This document shows positions 63,068 to 64,000 of a stretch of DNA of 64,000 nt, in pieces. The notes beneath the pieces are model-generated. The model had not been told where the DNA came from, did no database searches, and saw only the letters and a list, made by a program, of their open reading frames with translations. Source of the stretch: Lama guanicoe (taxonomy: Eukaryota); NCBI GenBank assembly GCA_013239625.1, contig MU053881.1:8393957-8457956 (forward strand). Direction: 5' to 3'. The position numbers and the translations under genes were made by a program. Within the stretch, counting starts at the first letter, position 1. The number at the start of each line of letters is the position of its first letter.

Positions 63068-64000
63068 ACACGCTCGATGGTGGATTTAATCCGTTGTTCG
63101 GTTCTACCGTATCTATAATTCTTAAGAGAGTGATTTCAGCCACGGACACGCAGAGGACACTTGATGCTTGGACCTCGATGGTCACACACACGTTGCATTT
63201 GTATCACTGGCTCCATCTGCGGAGGTGGTGCCCTCCGTCCAACGAGAGCACCTTCCAGCCGAAAGAAAACCAGTAGCTTGGTAGCATCCTACCGGGAAGG
63301 ATCCTTCCCACTGAGGCTCTCATCTACTCACCTCACCTGCCCCCCGCCCCTTCTGCCATCCTCCCCTTAAGGACAAACCCTGCCACAGCAGCATGAAACT
63401 CCTTCCTTCTGTTTCTCCAACGACTCCCAGGAGCACCTGAAAATCCCATTCCTGCCATCAGATTTTAATGAGGGGGATGCACTCAGCAATTACAAACAGG
63501 AAAGGACTGATTAGGGTTTCTGTGCATCAGTGTTCCCCCCAGCATACCATGCGGCGCTCCAAGCATCAGCCTCATTCCCCATACACACTCAATTAGGCAT
63601 ATTTACTTCTCATTATCCAGTATGCAATCACGGGTGCTAATGAAAACCTCTGCTACCCCCAACAATGCAATTAATGCACTTAGCAGGCTCTCAGAAACTC
63701 TCCTGTGCCTTGGCGCCAACAGCGGTCTGCTCATTCACCCATTTAGTCATGCATTCATGCATGCATGCCCTTTTCTATTTAGCCAAGGTCAAGGGCACAC
63801 CTACTATGTGCCTTGCCAGGGAAAGACCTAGGACCAAATGAATCAGACCATGTCCTGCTGTAGAACTTGCCACAACAGGTTGAGCGGCCATACTCCAGAG
63901 TGATGAGGGACACAGCAGAGGTGTGACCAGGAGCTACTGCAACCCAGAGGAGGAGGTGGGTAGAGAGGCAGACTCCACTCCTGGCGCCAGCTCAAACCCC

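Noticed and set aside
54932..64000. Search for WWC1 exon 2 (WW domain)
   Set aside because: No LPLGWEEAYD-type coding sequence was found; presumably beyond the right edge
1..64000. CRISPR arrays, prokaryotic operons or foreign DNA
   Set aside because: No regularly spaced repeat-spacer structure or gene-dense segment seen; content is consistent with a single mammalian intron-rich locus

Overview
Mammalian genomic DNA, most likely from a camelid. This is inferred from four copies of a tRNA-Ala-derived SINE of the camelid vic-1 type. The whole window lies inside WWC1 (KIBRA, a Hippo-pathway scaffold), transcribed on the minus strand. I traced 18 coding exons, corresponding to human exons 3-20, from 54931 down to 3781. 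All have AG/GT boundaries and their phases join into one uninterrupted frame of 2681 nt (2 nt + 893 codons). They cover the end of WW2, the coiled coils, the Ser-rich region, the C2 domain, the Glu-rich tract and the aPKC/PKMzeta-binding segment. Exons 1-2 and 21-23 are outside the window. The introns hold ordinary mammalian repeats (L1, L2, MIR, MaLR LTRs, MER5/MER20/MER58/MER104, Tigger1 derivative, microsatellites), and nearly all ORF-track entries are spurious. I found no convincing new biological system. The best second-look items are: (i) an inverted SINE pair bracketing exons 4-5, a candidate for lineage-specific circRNA, skipping or editing; (ii) a TSD-flanked, polyadenylated 290-bp orphan retro-insertion at 930-1219; (iii) candidate intragenic regulatory sites, namely an NRF1 palindrome and a G-run by exon 9 and an RFX X-box in intron 15. 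Exon numbering, human comparisons and repeat family names come from recall, not from database searches.
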